A stretch of DNA of 64,000 bases, taken from positions 576,001 through 640,000 of the forward strand of contig CAWJYV010000010.1 in assembly GCA_963847185.1 (NCBI GenBank). Reading direction: 5' to 3'. Below, in pieces: positions 1 through 11,280 of this stretch; the stretch's first letter is position 1, and each line of letters opens with the position of its first letter. The position numbers were made by a program, and so were the translations under genes. A model generated the notes under the pieces. The model ran no database searches. It saw only the letters and a program-made list of their open reading frames with translations, and was not told the origin of the DNA. This DNA comes from an uncultured Methanosarcinaceae archaeon. GTDB taxonomy: Archaea; Halobacteriota; Methanosarcinia; Methanosarcinales; Methanosarcinaceae.

Positions 1-1
1 T

Positions 2-280
2 CCTCCTGAAAACAGGAAACCCAAAATAGATGAGATTGAATGCTGCAAGCCCTTTCTTCTTGCCCAGATAATCCTGCTAAACCCGAGAATAATAATTCTC
101 CTTGGCAATACAGCTGAAAGATCCTACTGTCCTGAAAAAAAACTGGAATGGGGAGTTCCTGTAGAACACGAAGGAAGGACAATCCTGAAACTTTATCATC
201 CTGCAGCTCTTATTTACACAGCTTCGAAGATAGAGGTTCAGCGCGCTTTTATTGATAAAAACAGGGATCTCTGGGCGTAA
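2..280 (+). CDS. Uracil-DNA glycosylase family 4, 3' part (5' end outside the window)
   Basis: Not in the ORF track. Frame 2 reads PPENRKPKIDEIECCKPFLLAQIILLNPRIIILLGNTA...KLYHPAALIY...DLWA*, with the PPxNRxP, EIxxC, LGxxA and YHPAA motifs of family-4 UDG. Confidence 0.85.
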   Translation, partial: PPENRKPKIDEIECCKPFLLAQIILLNPRIIILLGNTAERSYCPEKKLEWGVPVEHEGRTILKLYHPAALIYTASKIEVQRAFIDKNRDLWA

Positions 281-453
281 GAAGCCCTCAGGTATAGAGG
301 ACATCCAGCCTGGAAAAAGATAGATGAAGGCAAAAAAGAGATCTAAAATCGTTATCATTAAGCTGAAAAACTTTTTTAGCTCATAAAGTATAAATAAAAC
401 GATCCGGCAATTATTATTTGGACTCATTTTATAATATCTTGGGAGGGGTGAGT

Positions 454-750
454 ATGTCGATGGTGAAAATGACACCTGACGTGTTTTCATGTTCTGACGA
501 TATGGGAAATCTGGAAATTCAAATTAATATGATAGGGGTAAAAAAAGAAAATATCGAGTTAAAGATGGTTGAGAACGGTTTTTTTATAAGAGCAAAAAGA
601 GAAGAAACCGGAGTTGAATATGTCGGGACTTATGCTTTCTGCTGTGCTGTTGTCCCTGAGAAAGCTGTTGCGAGGTACTGTGATGGAAAACTCCTTGTGA
701 CTGTACCTTACAGGGAACCCACAAAAACCCTGGATGTCAAAATCCAGTAA
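454..750 (+). CDS. Small heat-shock protein (Hsp20/alpha-crystallin-like)
   Basis: ATG at 454 after the SD-like GGAGGGG. About 98 aa with GVKKENIEL, then AxYxDGxLxVTVP, then a C-terminal VKIQ (IxI-like) motif. Confidence 0.75.
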   Translation: MSMVKMTPDVFSCSDDMGNLEIQINMIGVKKENIELKMVENGFFIRAKREETGVEYVGTYAFCCAVVPEKAVARYCDGKLLVTVPYREPTKTLDVKIQ

Positions 751-838
751 AAAACTATGATCAAACTGAGATTAGCAATCAAAGCCAGCTCCTGAATTTT
801 AAATATATCATTTATAGGAGAAATGAGACGGAGGAAAA

Positions 839-1033
839 ATGTATCCAGTAATAGATTATAACAAGTGTACCGGGGCTCTCGCTTGCTATGAGGTCTGTCC
901 TGCAGAAGTTTTTGATGTTCAAGAAATAGATAAGGTGAAAAGGGGACTTGTAGCCCGTCCGGAAAACTGCATAGAGTGCGATCAATGTGTGGAAGCCTGT
1001 CCTGAAAACGCTATCAAACTTGTTGAAGACTGA
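839..1033 (+). CDS. Dicluster ferredoxin
   Basis: 64 aa, acidic, with CTGALACYEVCP and CIECDQCVEACP. Confidence 0.9.
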   Translation: MYPVIDYNKCTGALACYEVCPAEVFDVQEIDKVKRGLVARPENCIECDQCVEACPENAIKLVED

Positions 1034-1049
1034 CTTCTCCTAAAAAAAA

Positions 1050-1256
1050 GTGGTGAAAAAAGTGCATCCCAGAATTGATTATAACAAATGTGTCGGCTCA
1101 CTTGAATGCTATGATATCTGTCCTGTAGATGTTTTTGACGCAGAAGAAACAGAAGATGGGAAAAGAGCAGTAGTAGTACGTCCTGAAGACTGCATAGAGT
1201 GCGAACAGTGTATACAGGTCTGCCCGACAGATGCAATAGTACTGATAGAAGATTAA
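1050..1256 (+). CDS. Dicluster ferredoxin (paralog of 839..1033)
   Basis: CVGSLECYDICP and CIECEQCIQVCP; colinear with the upstream ferredoxin. Confidence 0.9.
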   Translation: MVKKVHPRIDYNKCVGSLECYDICPVDVFDAEETEDGKRAVVVRPEDCIECEQCIQVCPTDAIVLIED

Positions 1257-1477
1257 GTTAGTATTATGCCTGTAAAGATTATTTGGTGTTAAACTTATTC
1301 TATGTTAAGCTTATTCATTAGTGTTTTATCCGGAAATATTGGAAAATTTGGTTAAATCTTTGATTCCAAAATGCTCGATTTCTACAAATTGTGTATCGTA
1401 TGCTTCTTTTCTGGATAAAACACCCTTTCTATGAATTGACTTCTAATTTCGTTTTTTACTAATTTTTCATATCTTTT

Positions 1478-2878
1478 TCATTTGCCTTTCATTGCGGCAA
1501 ATATACAAAAATCCTGGTACCATGAAGTAGACGGTTTTGTACTTTTGTCAGCAAACTTCGTTACCCCTTTTCCGAGATTGGAAGATGCAGAACAAGAATA
1601 ATCAGCAACTGGATTTTTTTCGAAGACAAGGCTGCCAAGGTCAGATTCATTCACTCCTCTTATGGTTCTCGTAAATCTGTATTCTCCTACCTGGTCCCCG
1701 ATATTAATGGTTTTGGCATTTACGTAATCAAGAAGCCAGATTCCGTCGATCCAAACAATCTTTTTTTCCGTACCTGCAAATAACTGTTTGACGTGGACTT
1801 TCATTACAACAATATTGTCTTCTCCCTGGACATTGTCAAGGGTAACTGTCCATGTGCTATTACTATCAGTATTAACCTGGATTTTCTTATCTGCTGCATG
1901 TTTTCCATTCCTTGTAAGTTCTAGCCAGACTTTCTCATCGTCAATATCAATCTGCTTGACCTTGAGGGCATAGCCTTGGCCAAGATCCATTTTTTCGCAG
2001 ACTTCGAGGGTATATGTCTCATTACTGTCAAGAACGAGCTTGGCGAGCTTGTTAACATGAGAATTCCATATATTCTCGTTAGCATTGAACAGTGGAACAT
2101 ATTTGTCTCCAAATAAATCGATTACTGGATATTGTTCATTGGACCAGCCGTCATATTCATATTTGGCGCCATCAACTTTACAGACTACAGAAAATTTCGT
2201 CTCATTTTCGAAAATAAGACTTCCAAGGTTAGATTCATCCACTCCGCTTATGATCTTTTGAAGTGTAAACTCTCCAATTTTATCTCCTATATTGAGGGTT
2301 GTGGAATTTGCATAGTCAATAAGCCAGATTCCATCGATCCGAACAATGTTGTCTTCTACACCTGCGAACAATTGGTTGACATAAACTTTCATGATAACAA
2401 CATTGTTTTCGCCCTGAATATTGTCAAGGGTGACATTCCATGTCTTGTTATTCTCGCCAGTATTAACTGAGATATTTTGATCCGCTACATATTTTCCATC
2501 TTTAGTGAATTCTAGCCAAACCTTCTCACTATCAATGTCGATCTGCTTGACTTCGAGAGCATATCCATTGCCGAGATCGAGTTTTTCATCATTTTTGAGG
2601 GTATATGTTTCATTACTGTCAAGAATTAACCTTGCAAGCTTGTTTGTGTGAGAATTCCATATATTTTCACTAGCATTGAACAGCGGAACATTCTTTTCTC
2701 CAAATAAATCGATCACCGGATATTGCTCATCAGACCAGCTCTCGCATTCATAATTGGTGCCTGCAACATTACAGGTACTGTTATTATTGCTAGCACTGTC
2801 TGCTGCACTTGCAGCGGTTGCTGCAAATACAACTAAGACAATAAAAGCAGCCAGTGAAATTGCTGTATACTTATTCAT
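1478..2878 (-). CDS. Secreted S-layer-domain (DUF1608-like duplication) protein
   Basis: Signal peptide followed by two internal repeats (YPVIDLFG...LAxLxLDSNETYTL...GYALxVKQIDID.EKVWLE...IDGIWL) typical of Methanosarcina S-layer duplication domains. Confidence 0.8.
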   Translation of the reverse strand: MNKYTAISLAAFIVLVVFAATAASAADSASNNNSTCNVAGTNYECESWSDEQYPVIDLFGEKNVPLFNASENIWNSHTNKLARLILDSNETYTLKNDEKLDLGNGYALEVKQIDIDSEKVWLEFTKDGKYVADQNISVNTGENNKTWNVTLDNIQGENNVVIMKVYVNQLFAGVEDNIVRIDGIWLIDYANSTTLNIGDKIGEFTLQKIISGVDESNLGSLIFENETKFSVVCKVDGAKYEYDGWSNEQYPVIDLFGDKYVPLFNANENIWNSHVNKLAKLVLDSNETYTLEVCEKMDLGQGYALKVKQIDIDDEKVWLELTRNGKHAADKKIQVNTDSNSTWTVTLDNVQGEDNIVVMKVHVKQLFAGTEKKIVWIDGIWLLDYVNAKTINIGDQVGEYRFTRTIRGVNESDLGSLVFEKNPVADYSCSASSNLGKGVTKFADKSTKPSTSWYQDFCIFAAMKGK

Positions 2879-3087
2879 TTTGTTGTTTCCTCCTTACTTT
2901 TGTTGGTATTTTTTCTAAACACTTCACTCTTTTTTGGGATATTGAAAAATCTAGCATAGCTTCCGCTAACAGTTGACCACTATCGATCAAAAATCTGGAA
3001 AATGTAAAGGCTCTTTCCAGGCTCCCAAATGTTCGCAATTATTGCTAGACTAATAAAAACGTGAATTTTGCAGTCCAAACGGACTAT

Positions 3088-4453
3088 TTAAGAAGGGGCA
3101 GAGGCATTTCCTGTCTCGCCTCCCTTAAGTTTCTTCAGTGAATCCTCTGCAGCAGTCCTTACAAATCGATACTCGTCCATGTCCGTGATGATCCGGCTCA
3201 AGCCTTCTATAGCCTGCTGTCCTCCAAGTTCCCCCAGAGCCAGAACTTCCGATTGCCTTACATCCCTTTCCCTTTCGGTCTCAAGAGCCTTAAGGAGAGG
3301 TTCTACAGCTTTTCTGTCTCCAAGTTTTCCAAGACCGTCTGCAGCACTTTTCCTTACTCTGTAATTTTCGTCTCCAAGTAAAGAAATTAAAGTGTCAATT
3401 GCTCGAGAGTCTCCTATCTCTACCAGGGAATTCGCAATATTTTCTCTTACTAACCAGTCTTCATTCTCAAGAGTGGCAATAAGGGAGTCCACGGCTTCAG
3501 GATCTCCAATGCTCCCCAGAGCTTCAATGGCAGCATTCTGGAGATTTTTGTTCTTAGCCTGGAGGAGCCCTTCAAGAGAAGGTATAGCTTCTTTACTTCC
3601 GATCCTTCCAAGAGAGCGTGCAGCAGCTTCCTGTACCTCGGATTTATCATCCCCAAGGGCATTAATCAGAGGCTGCTCTGTCTGGGCAATTTCCTCAGGT
3701 TCTTTAAATTGGCTCAGTGCTGAAGCAGCTTCCTTTCGCACCTCTGGAGATTTATCTTTCAGCAATTTAATTATAAAAGGAACACTAGCAGGGTCCCGGA
3801 TATATCTCAGGGCACAAATGCTGTTGATACGGATATCCGAATCCTTGCTGTCTAGCAGTCTGATGAGTTTTTCAACGGCTTTTTCATCCCCTAAGTTCCC
3901 AACAGCAATTGCTGCGGAATCTCCAAGTTCCCTCTCACCAAACAGCTCGATGAGAGGGTCAGCAGCTTTCGGGTCTCCTATTGCTCCTAAGGCAAATATG
4001 ACTTTATCGCGCACTTCATCATTATCGTGATCAAGAAGCTCAATAAGCGGATCTACGGCTTCCGCAGCTTTCAGCTCCCCGAGAGCCTCGGCTGAATTCA
4101 TACGGACTTCAGACTCAGGATCATTGAGGGTCTCTATAAGTGGTTTTGAAGCCCTTGGATCTCCTATCCTTCCAAGAGAAAAGGCGGCGATGCTACGTAC
4201 CTGTGGATCCTCGTCTTTTAAATCTCTTTATTAGAGAATCCACAGACGGTTCTCCTATCTCGATAAGCGCATAAGCTGAAGCATAAGCAATTTCCTGGTC
4301 TTCATCTCCGAGGTTTCGGACTAATTTGTCTATCCTGGATTCGAGAGGGTCCTGACCAAGACAACCAGCACAGATTCCGGAAACAAAAAGCAAGAGAAGT
4401 AAAATTTTTGTATACTTACAGCTGGTAAGTTCATCTCGCTTTATCATATGCAT
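3088..4453 (-). pseudogene. HEAT-repeat (PBS lyase-like) lipoprotein with a +1 frameshift near 4221 (real or sequencing error)
   Basis: Lipobox-like ICAGC. Removing one base from AGATTTAAAAGAC (minus strand) joins ...DSLIKRLKDEDPQVRSIAAFSLGRIGD... to ORF 3088..4101, which consists of HEAT repeats. Confidence 0.75.
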
Positions 4454-5307
4454 CACCTGTTCACCTGCTTGGGAGGAATCAGCAATTCGGTAGAAGCTAC
4501 TCGATCCTGCCATCTGGCCGTTACATTAACTTTGAAGTGGTCTTCGCCTTCTCCAATTACAACATTCTTGACAGGCATATAGGACTCTCTTAATGGCGTT
4601 CCACGCGCAATTTCTATCATTGCATAGGGATAATCTGGCCATGTCCAGAGAGGAGTCTTATCATATTCTCCCACATCATAAAGCTCGGAAGATGTAAACA
4701 CTATCTTCCCGGTTCTCTCGTCTGTCACTGTTAGGTTCGTGGATACGTTCTCTGCAAAGCCTGATTCTTTGTTGACGATGTAGCCATAGATTCTGTAAAT
4801 ATCTGAGGTATTTTTGCTTTCCATTTCATATTCCAGCTTCAGGCAGATATTTTCGGGAGTTTCAGGAAGGGGAACCTCTACAAGACATGTGCCTTCATCA
4901 AGAAGCCTGCTGCTCTCAACAACCTTTACTTTTACCGGATATTCCCCTGGGAGTGCATATCCAATCCATACGCTGACTGAATTGTTTCCGGGAAGAAGAT
5001 TAATCGGTTTCTCAAGCGAAACTGACTCTTCATTCCCTGGGGTGGAATTGTTTGAGATTATCAATCTTGACGTTGAGTAGCTCTTTCCGTTCTCATCCAC
5101 AAAAGCATTCTCTACTTCAATCCACACGTCCACAGCTTTTGAATCATTACTCTTAAGCACTATGTCCAGCTGTCCTGATTGCCCGAGCTCAATAGGGGGA
5201 GCACTCATATTAGCAATTTTCACATCAGCCCCGCTTCCATACCATAAGATTCCAAAAGCAAGGATCAGGAGGGCAACTGATATAGAGATTAGAGTAATTT
5301 TTTTCAT
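4453..5307 (-). CDS. Membrane-anchored or secreted hypothetical protein (beta-rich)
   Basis: N-terminal hydrophobic helix; start and stop overlap with both neighbours, consistent with an operon. Confidence 0.7.
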   Translation of the reverse strand: MKKITLISISVALLILAFGILWYGSGADVKIANMSAPPIELGQSGQLDIVLKSNDSKAVDVWIEVENAFVDENGKSYSTSRLIISNNSTPGNEESVSLEKPINLLPGNNSVSVWIGYALPGEYPVKVKVVESSRLLDEGTCLVEVPLPETPENICLKLEYEMESKNTSDIYRIYGYIVNKESGFAENVSTNLTVTDERTGKIVFTSSELYDVGEYDKTPLWTWPDYPYAMIEIARGTPLRESYMPVKNVVIGEGEDHFKVNVTARWQDRVASTELLIPPKQVNR

Positions 5308-6011
5308 TTCATTTCCTCCTTTATCCCTGTGTTATTCTTAAGCTCATCAGCTATCGAAATGCAGTTGGTTAGTCCGTACTTTTTCTTTGTTATTATCCCT
5401 CTCTTTTCCAGGCTCATAAGAACCCTGGAAGCCTTGGCCTTGGAGAAATCAAGGGAATTGACGAGTTCATTCTGGAGAATTCTTCCTCCTCTTGATGCGA
5501 TTAGTTCAACAGCTTTTCTTTCGTCTCCTTCAAGCGCCCGCAAAAGGACATCCGTAGGGTCAATGTTAGCTCTGGCAGGCTTGAATTCTTCAACAGGGGC
5601 ATTTTCAAGGGAGACTTCCAAAATCTCCTCTGGAGCTTTCTCTGTGATAATATTGAGAGCTGTTACCTGTGCTGCCTGTCCTGTTCCTGGAAAAGCAGAG
5701 CCTTGGAGCCCCAGGAACGGTAGAACCTGAGCTAGCGCCAGGCCCCCTAAAAAACCGGAAAAAAGGAGAACATACGCTTCTTTTACAGTATAGACATAAG
5801 GGATATCCACAACCTTGAATGTGTCTCCTTCAAGCTGGATCACCACAGGCGAATCTTCAAGCAGAAGATTGATGGCTAAGGTGCTTGAAAGAAGCAGGAT
5901 ACCCACAGCAACTATGAATCTTTTCCGTTCCTGGGTCGTACTACCACCTTCATTTACTACCTCCACTATGTACGAAACAAATGTTATATTTTTACTATGA
6001 CCTGCCCTCAA
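5304..6011 (-). CDS. Membrane protein with C-terminal winged HTH (putative membrane-bound regulator); start uncertain
   Basis: Two TM segments followed by ILQNELVNSLDFSKAKASRVLMSLEKRGIITKKKYGLTN. Confidence 0.75.
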   Translation of the reverse strand: MRAGHSKNITFVSYIVEVVNEGGSTTQERKRFIVAVGILLLSSTLAINLLLEDSPVVIQLEGDTFKVVDIPYVYTVKEAYVLLFSGFLGGLALAQVLPFLGLQGSAFPGTGQAAQVTALNIITEKAPEEILEVSLENAPVEEFKPARANIDPTDVLLRALEGDERKAVELIASRGGRILQNELVNSLDFSKAKASRVLMSLEKRGIITKKKYGLTNCISIADELKNNTGIKEEMK

Positions 6012-6216
6012 GACGTCTCAAATATCTGAAACCAGTGGCGATGGATAGTGAAAAATAGTTCAAGCCAGTGTTTTGACAAACCAGATAGTTTGGCAAAGCT
6101 CGAGTAAATAACCTCAAAGAAGTTTCAAAGAAATAGTTGAAAAAAGTGACTTTTACAAGAAGTTCGACGATTAAAACTTAAAAAATAGAAGAAGGTAAAG
6201 GAGAAATTCCCTTACC

Positions 6217-7443
6217 TTAGATAGGAATAGATCTGCGTAGTTTCATCTCAGTTTCGCAGATTTCTCTTGTATCCCTTGCAATGGTAAGTTCTTCATTGGT
6301 TGGGATAACAAGGACCCTTATTTTCGAATCTGGAGTACTGATGTCGATTTCCTGGCCTCTGATTTTGTTCTTTTCCTCATCTATTTTTACGCCAAACTTA
6401 TCAAGGCCGGCAAGGATTCTTTTCCTGATGCTTGCGCTGTTTTCTCCGATGCCTGCGGTAAAGACTATCGCATCTGCACCATTAAGCACGGCTGAATACT
6501 CACCTATAACCTTCTTAATCTTATATGCGAAGACTTCAAGGGCAAGTTCGGCTCTCTCGTTTCCATGGGAGGCTGCCTCATCCAGGTCTCTGAAGTCGTT
6601 GCTGATTCCAGAGACTCCGAGCACCCCTGACTTCTTGTTCATAAGAGTGTCTACGTCCCTGCTTGACAGATGTTCTTTATCCATAATGTAGGGAACTACT
6701 GCAGGGTCAATAGAACCACATCTGGTTCCCATTGCAACTCCTTCAAGAGGGGTAAAGCCCATAGTGGTTTCAACGGATTTTCCGCCTTCAACAGCCGTAA
6801 TACTTGAACCGTTTCCAAGGTGACAGGTGATGACATTGGTTTCTTCTATGGGTTTTCCGAGCATAATAGCAGCTCTTTTGGAAACATAGAAGTGGGAGGT
6901 CCCGTGGAAGCCGTATTTCCTGATTCCATGTTTCTCGTATAGAGCATATGGTAGAGCATACATGTAGGCATATTTGGGTATTGTCTGGTGGAATGCTGTG
7001 TCAAATACAGCAACCATCGGTGTTCCAGGCATAATTTCAGCACATGCTTCAATACCCATCATGTTTGGAGGGTTGTGAAGAGGAGCCAGTTCAAAGCAGT
7101 CTTTAATCGCCTTTTCTACACTCTCATCAATTAAAGCCGACTTTGTGAACTTTTCTCCACCATGCACGACCCTGTGCCCGACCGCATTGATTTCTGTCAT
7201 ATCTTTAATGACACCAAATTCCGGGTCGGTGAGAGCCTTGACTACTTCCTCGAGAGCTGTCTTGTGAGTGGGCAGATCCGTCTGCTTTTCCAGCTTTTTA
7301 CCATCGAATCTCTTCTGGGTAATGATCGAATTGTCGATACCTATCCTCTCACAGAGACCTATTGCAAGGGGAGATTCATTACTCATGTCAATTAATTGGT
7401 ATTTGAGAGATGAACTTCCTGCGTTTATTACCAGTACTTTCAT
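6217..7443 (-). CDS. ackA: Acetate kinase
   Basis: [47 protein letters not shown]. Confidence 0.98.
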   Translation of the reverse strand: MKVLVINAGSSSLKYQLIDMSNESPLAIGLCERIGIDNSIITQKRFDGKKLEKQTDLPTHKTALEEVVKALTDPEFGVIKDMTEINAVGHRVVHGGEKFTKSALIDESVEKAIKDCFELAPLHNPPNMMGIEACAEIMPGTPMVAVFDTAFHQTIPKYAYMYALPYALYEKHGIRKYGFHGTSHFYVSKRAAIMLGKPIEETNVITCHLGNGSSITAVEGGKSVETTMGFTPLEGVAMGTRCGSIDPAVVPYIMDKEHLSSRDVDTLMNKKSGVLGVSGISNDFRDLDEAASHGNERAELALEVFAYKIKKVIGEYSAVLNGADAIVFTAGIGENSASIRKRILAGLDKFGVKIDEEKNKIRGQEIDISTPDSKIRVLVIPTNEELTIARDTREICETEMKLRRSIPI

Positions 7444-7560
7444 GCGTAAACCCCATTCATACATTGTTTTTTTTTACATCGATATTTATAGTAGAATAAT
7501 TATGTATGAAAGTTAATAAAAAGCTTCCTAAAATGTTCTCAAATATTGGAATGTTTACAA

Positions 7561-8565
<1,005 letters not shown>

Positions 8566-8801
8566 TCAACCAACCTCCGATATAATTAGAGTAACTTAAA
8601 TTAGCTGGCTCTTGATATATAAATTTACGTAAAATGCATAGAGATATATATAAATGTATAAAATATATATTTCTCCTGCTTAATATCCACACCAATTTCT
8701 TTTAGTACTACGAAAATATGATATGTTTTGCGGCAGACATTGTCATACTTGAAGTAATGTTACTGAACATAGATGACAAATTGATATAAAAGAATTCCGG
8801 A

Positions 8802-9377
8802 ATGAACATAATGAAGATACTAGGAATTTCAGGCAGCCCGCGAAAGGGCCAGAACTGCGAAAAAATGATCGGATCAGTCCTTGAAGTTGCGAAAGAAAGG
8901 GGATTTGAAACAGATAAAGTTCTTCTCTCCGCTTCAGAAGTTGGCCCCTGCAAAGCCTGCGGAGCTTGCAGAGAAAAAGACTTCTGCGTAATTGAAGACA
9001 GCATGGAAGAAATTTATGAAAAAATGAGAAATTCAGACGGCATAATCGTGGCAGCACCTGTATATATGGGAAATTATCCTGCGCAGCTTAAAGCTCTTTT
9101 TGACCGGAGTGTGCTTCTCCGCCGCAAAGATTTTGCACTCAAAAACAAAGTAGGAGCAGCTCTTTCTATTGGAGGTTCGAGAAACGGGGGGCAGGAAAAG
9201 ACCATACAATCCATTCACGACTGGATGCATATTCACGGGATGATTATTGTTGGAGACAACGCTCACTTCGGCGGAATTACCTGGAATCCCGTAGAAGAAG
9301 ATTCAATTGGAATGGAAACAGTTATCGAGACTGCAAAAAAGATGTGCGATGTCCTTGAGCTTATAGGAAGAAAATGA
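8802..9377 (+). CDS. isf: Iron-sulfur flavoprotein
   Basis: ISGSPRKG flavodoxin-like start, compact CKACGACREKDFC motif, GGSRNGGQE; divergent from pta-ackA as described for Methanosarcina thermophila isf. Confidence 0.9.
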   Translation: MNIMKILGISGSPRKGQNCEKMIGSVLEVAKERGFETDKVLLSASEVGPCKACGACREKDFCVIEDSMEEIYEKMRNSDGIIVAAPVYMGNYPAQLKALFDRSVLLRRKDFALKNKVGAALSIGGSRNGGQEKTIQSIHDWMHIHGMIIVGDNAHFGGITWNPVEEDSIGMETVIETAKKMCDVLELIGRK

Positions 9378-9441
9378 GGCGCCTGAAACGGGTAATATCC
9401 CTAATTTGACAGATTCTGCTAATTAATACAGTATTTTCTTA

Positions 9442-9679
9442 GAAGCTGTCTTAAAATTCAAACCATTTCTACATTTGGATAATAGGCATCGTTGATTTTA
9501 AACTTAGACCGTAAATTTATTACATCGGACTTGATCGCTCAAGTATAAAACCAAACACATTAGGCGTTATGGTTAAAATTCACATTTTAGATATTTAACA
9601 GTTTAATGCTACCGTTTTTCAGTTCAAATGGATAAGTCCGATCCAATTGTAGAATCAAATTTAATTTTAAGACACGCTC
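9442..9679. mobile_element. Non-autonomous MITE (IS5-like ends, TA target duplication)
   Basis: Left end GAAGCTGTCTTAAAATT and right end AATTTTAAGACACGCTC form an imperfect inverted repeat. TA lies on both sides (9440-41, 9680-81). 238 bp, no ORF. Confidence 0.7.
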
Positions 9680-9715
9680 TAAGAGGGTCACTGACTTCAA
9701 ACCGCTTGACTGTTT

Positions 9716-9832
9716 TTATGTTACGGTTACAAGTAAACCCCACATTGTATGATTACCAAATACTATGGCAAGAGCCATAATAATGAAAATGAAAATGACA
9801 AAAATTGCTTCGTTTGAAATGCTTTCGGTCAT
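9716..9832 (-). CDS. Small hydrophobic protein, 38 aa (MTESISNEAIFVIFIFIIMALAIVFGNHTMWGLLVTVT)
   Basis: Below the ORF-track cutoff. SD-like CAGGGAG upstream; one TM helix. Confidence 0.5.
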   Translation of the reverse strand: MTESISNEAIFVIFIFIIMALAIVFGNHTMWGLLVTVT

Positions 9833-9867
9833 GATATCTCCCTGTTGAAAGAGAAGTCACTGGCTTA

Positions 9868-9939
9868 TTAAACCCAATAAATCGCCCACATTAAAAAACA
9901 AAATACGACGACATAATATACCAATTCTTCTGGTGTCAC
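9868..9939 (-). CDS. Very small hydrophobic peptide, 23 aa (MTPEELVYYVVVFCFLMWAIYWV)
   Basis: GTG start, double TAA stop, TM-like composition, followed immediately by the CAGTGAC motif. Confidence 0.35.
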   Translation of the reverse strand: MTPEELVYYVVVFCFLMWAIYWV

Positions 9940-10285
9940 TTTATCTTCTCTTTAAGTCTTTCCGTAATAGCCATCGCGGCTGGCGTTTGCCTGTTAAGCA
10001 GTCCATTAATTGTCCAGTCGGAATTTAAAGGGCGCGAATTAGCCCATTTATTTTTATTATGTAATGCAAATAGGTCAAAACATTGTTACTGAACTACCAC
10101 GGGCTTTTAATGCGATCATGTCGGAAAATAAATTAGCCGGAAGCCTGCCCCGCGAAATATTAAGTTTTTTAATTAGTGGCTGTCCTTGAATGTAGGAGTC
10201 TGGATGGAAAAAATGGTTTATAGATGAAAATCCAGAGTTTATAGAAACATTGCATCAATGGGGTCAAAAACAGTAATGGGAGTGG

Positions 10286-10813
10286 GTGAAAATGGAGAAA
10301 TTTTCAATCTTAGCTTTGCTTTTATGTCTAACATCGTTAACAGGGGTAACTGACGCCGCTACAGTAACGGTTACGCCATCATTTCGTTACAACTGTTGTG
10401 GTGCTGACGGGCACCGGATTATTATGGTCAATTACAACAATGCAACGAATCCTTCGTACAGTGACCTCGTTGCTGCAGTAAAAGCTGATAACACAGACGC
10501 TCACATATACGGAATTAATACGTACAAATGTACTGATTACGCTGAAGAAATACACAATAACCTTGAAAAGAGAGGGATGAGATGCGGTATTGCAAGTGTA
10601 CAGTTTAATACAGGGAAAGGTCATGCTGTGAACGTCGTAAATACTACGGATAAAGGCAATGTGTATGTCGATTGTAGTGGAACAGAAGGAAACCCTGGAA
10701 TGGATACGATTGCAACAATAGAAGTCGGGAAGAAGTATACTATCACGCCAATTGACAACTCAGATTCAATTGTGAGAAATAGAATTGTTAAAAGTGTAAG
10801 AGTGTATTGGTGA
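10286..10813 (+). CDS. Secreted protein with a putative Cys-His-Asp (papain/transglutaminase-like) triad
   Basis: Signal peptide; YKCTDYA...GHAVN...VYVD pattern. Confidence 0.7.
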   Translation: MKMEKFSILALLLCLTSLTGVTDAATVTVTPSFRYNCCGADGHRIIMVNYNNATNPSYSDLVAAVKADNTDAHIYGINTYKCTDYAEEIHNNLEKRGMRCGIASVQFNTGKGHAVNVVNTTDKGNVYVDCSGTEGNPGMDTIATIEVGKKYTITPIDNSDSIVRNRIVKSVRVYW

Positions 10814-10976
10814 GGTAATTGATTCAGTGACCATTCTAAATAGGGTGTTAAAACGGCATCATCAAAAGCAATTCAAGAAATGATATATAATGCATTGGAA
10901 GGAACCGAGATTGGAAGATTAAGAGACCTTCACGGTAACACGGATTATGCTCTGATTGACAGAGAAAAATAATCGA

Positions 10977-11280
10977 ATGTCTTATCGAGCAGGATGCATC
11001 AAACTCTTTGACCCATCAAACAATCTAGTCTTGTCTAAGTCCTGCCAAAATATTCAATTGTGCCTCTGGTTTTCGATTCGTGCAAATCCTCAAGTTGCGC
11101 GTGTGGAGCTCAATTTATCTACTTCTTCAAAAACAGTCTTACATTAAAATCTCTTTTTGAAACAGCCCAAGGATATTGATTCCTTCATGATACAAATCCT
11201 TGCTAAGTATGGGAAAGGCTCCAAGTTTTGTGTGATTTATGCAGACAACTCTAACGAAAACATTGACTCTGAAATCGCTT
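10977..11280 (+). pseudogene. Frameshifted remnant of an unknown gene family (paralog of 14575..14830)
   Basis: RAGCIKLFDPSNNLVLSKSCQN...DIDSFMIQILAKYG aligns by eye with RAGTIKLYDRDNNLILSKCCQN...IDSFIETIYRKYG. Confidence 0.6.

Noticed and set aside
77-490. 137-aa minus-strand ORF
   Set aside because: Antisense shadow of the UDG 3' end and the hsp20 start.
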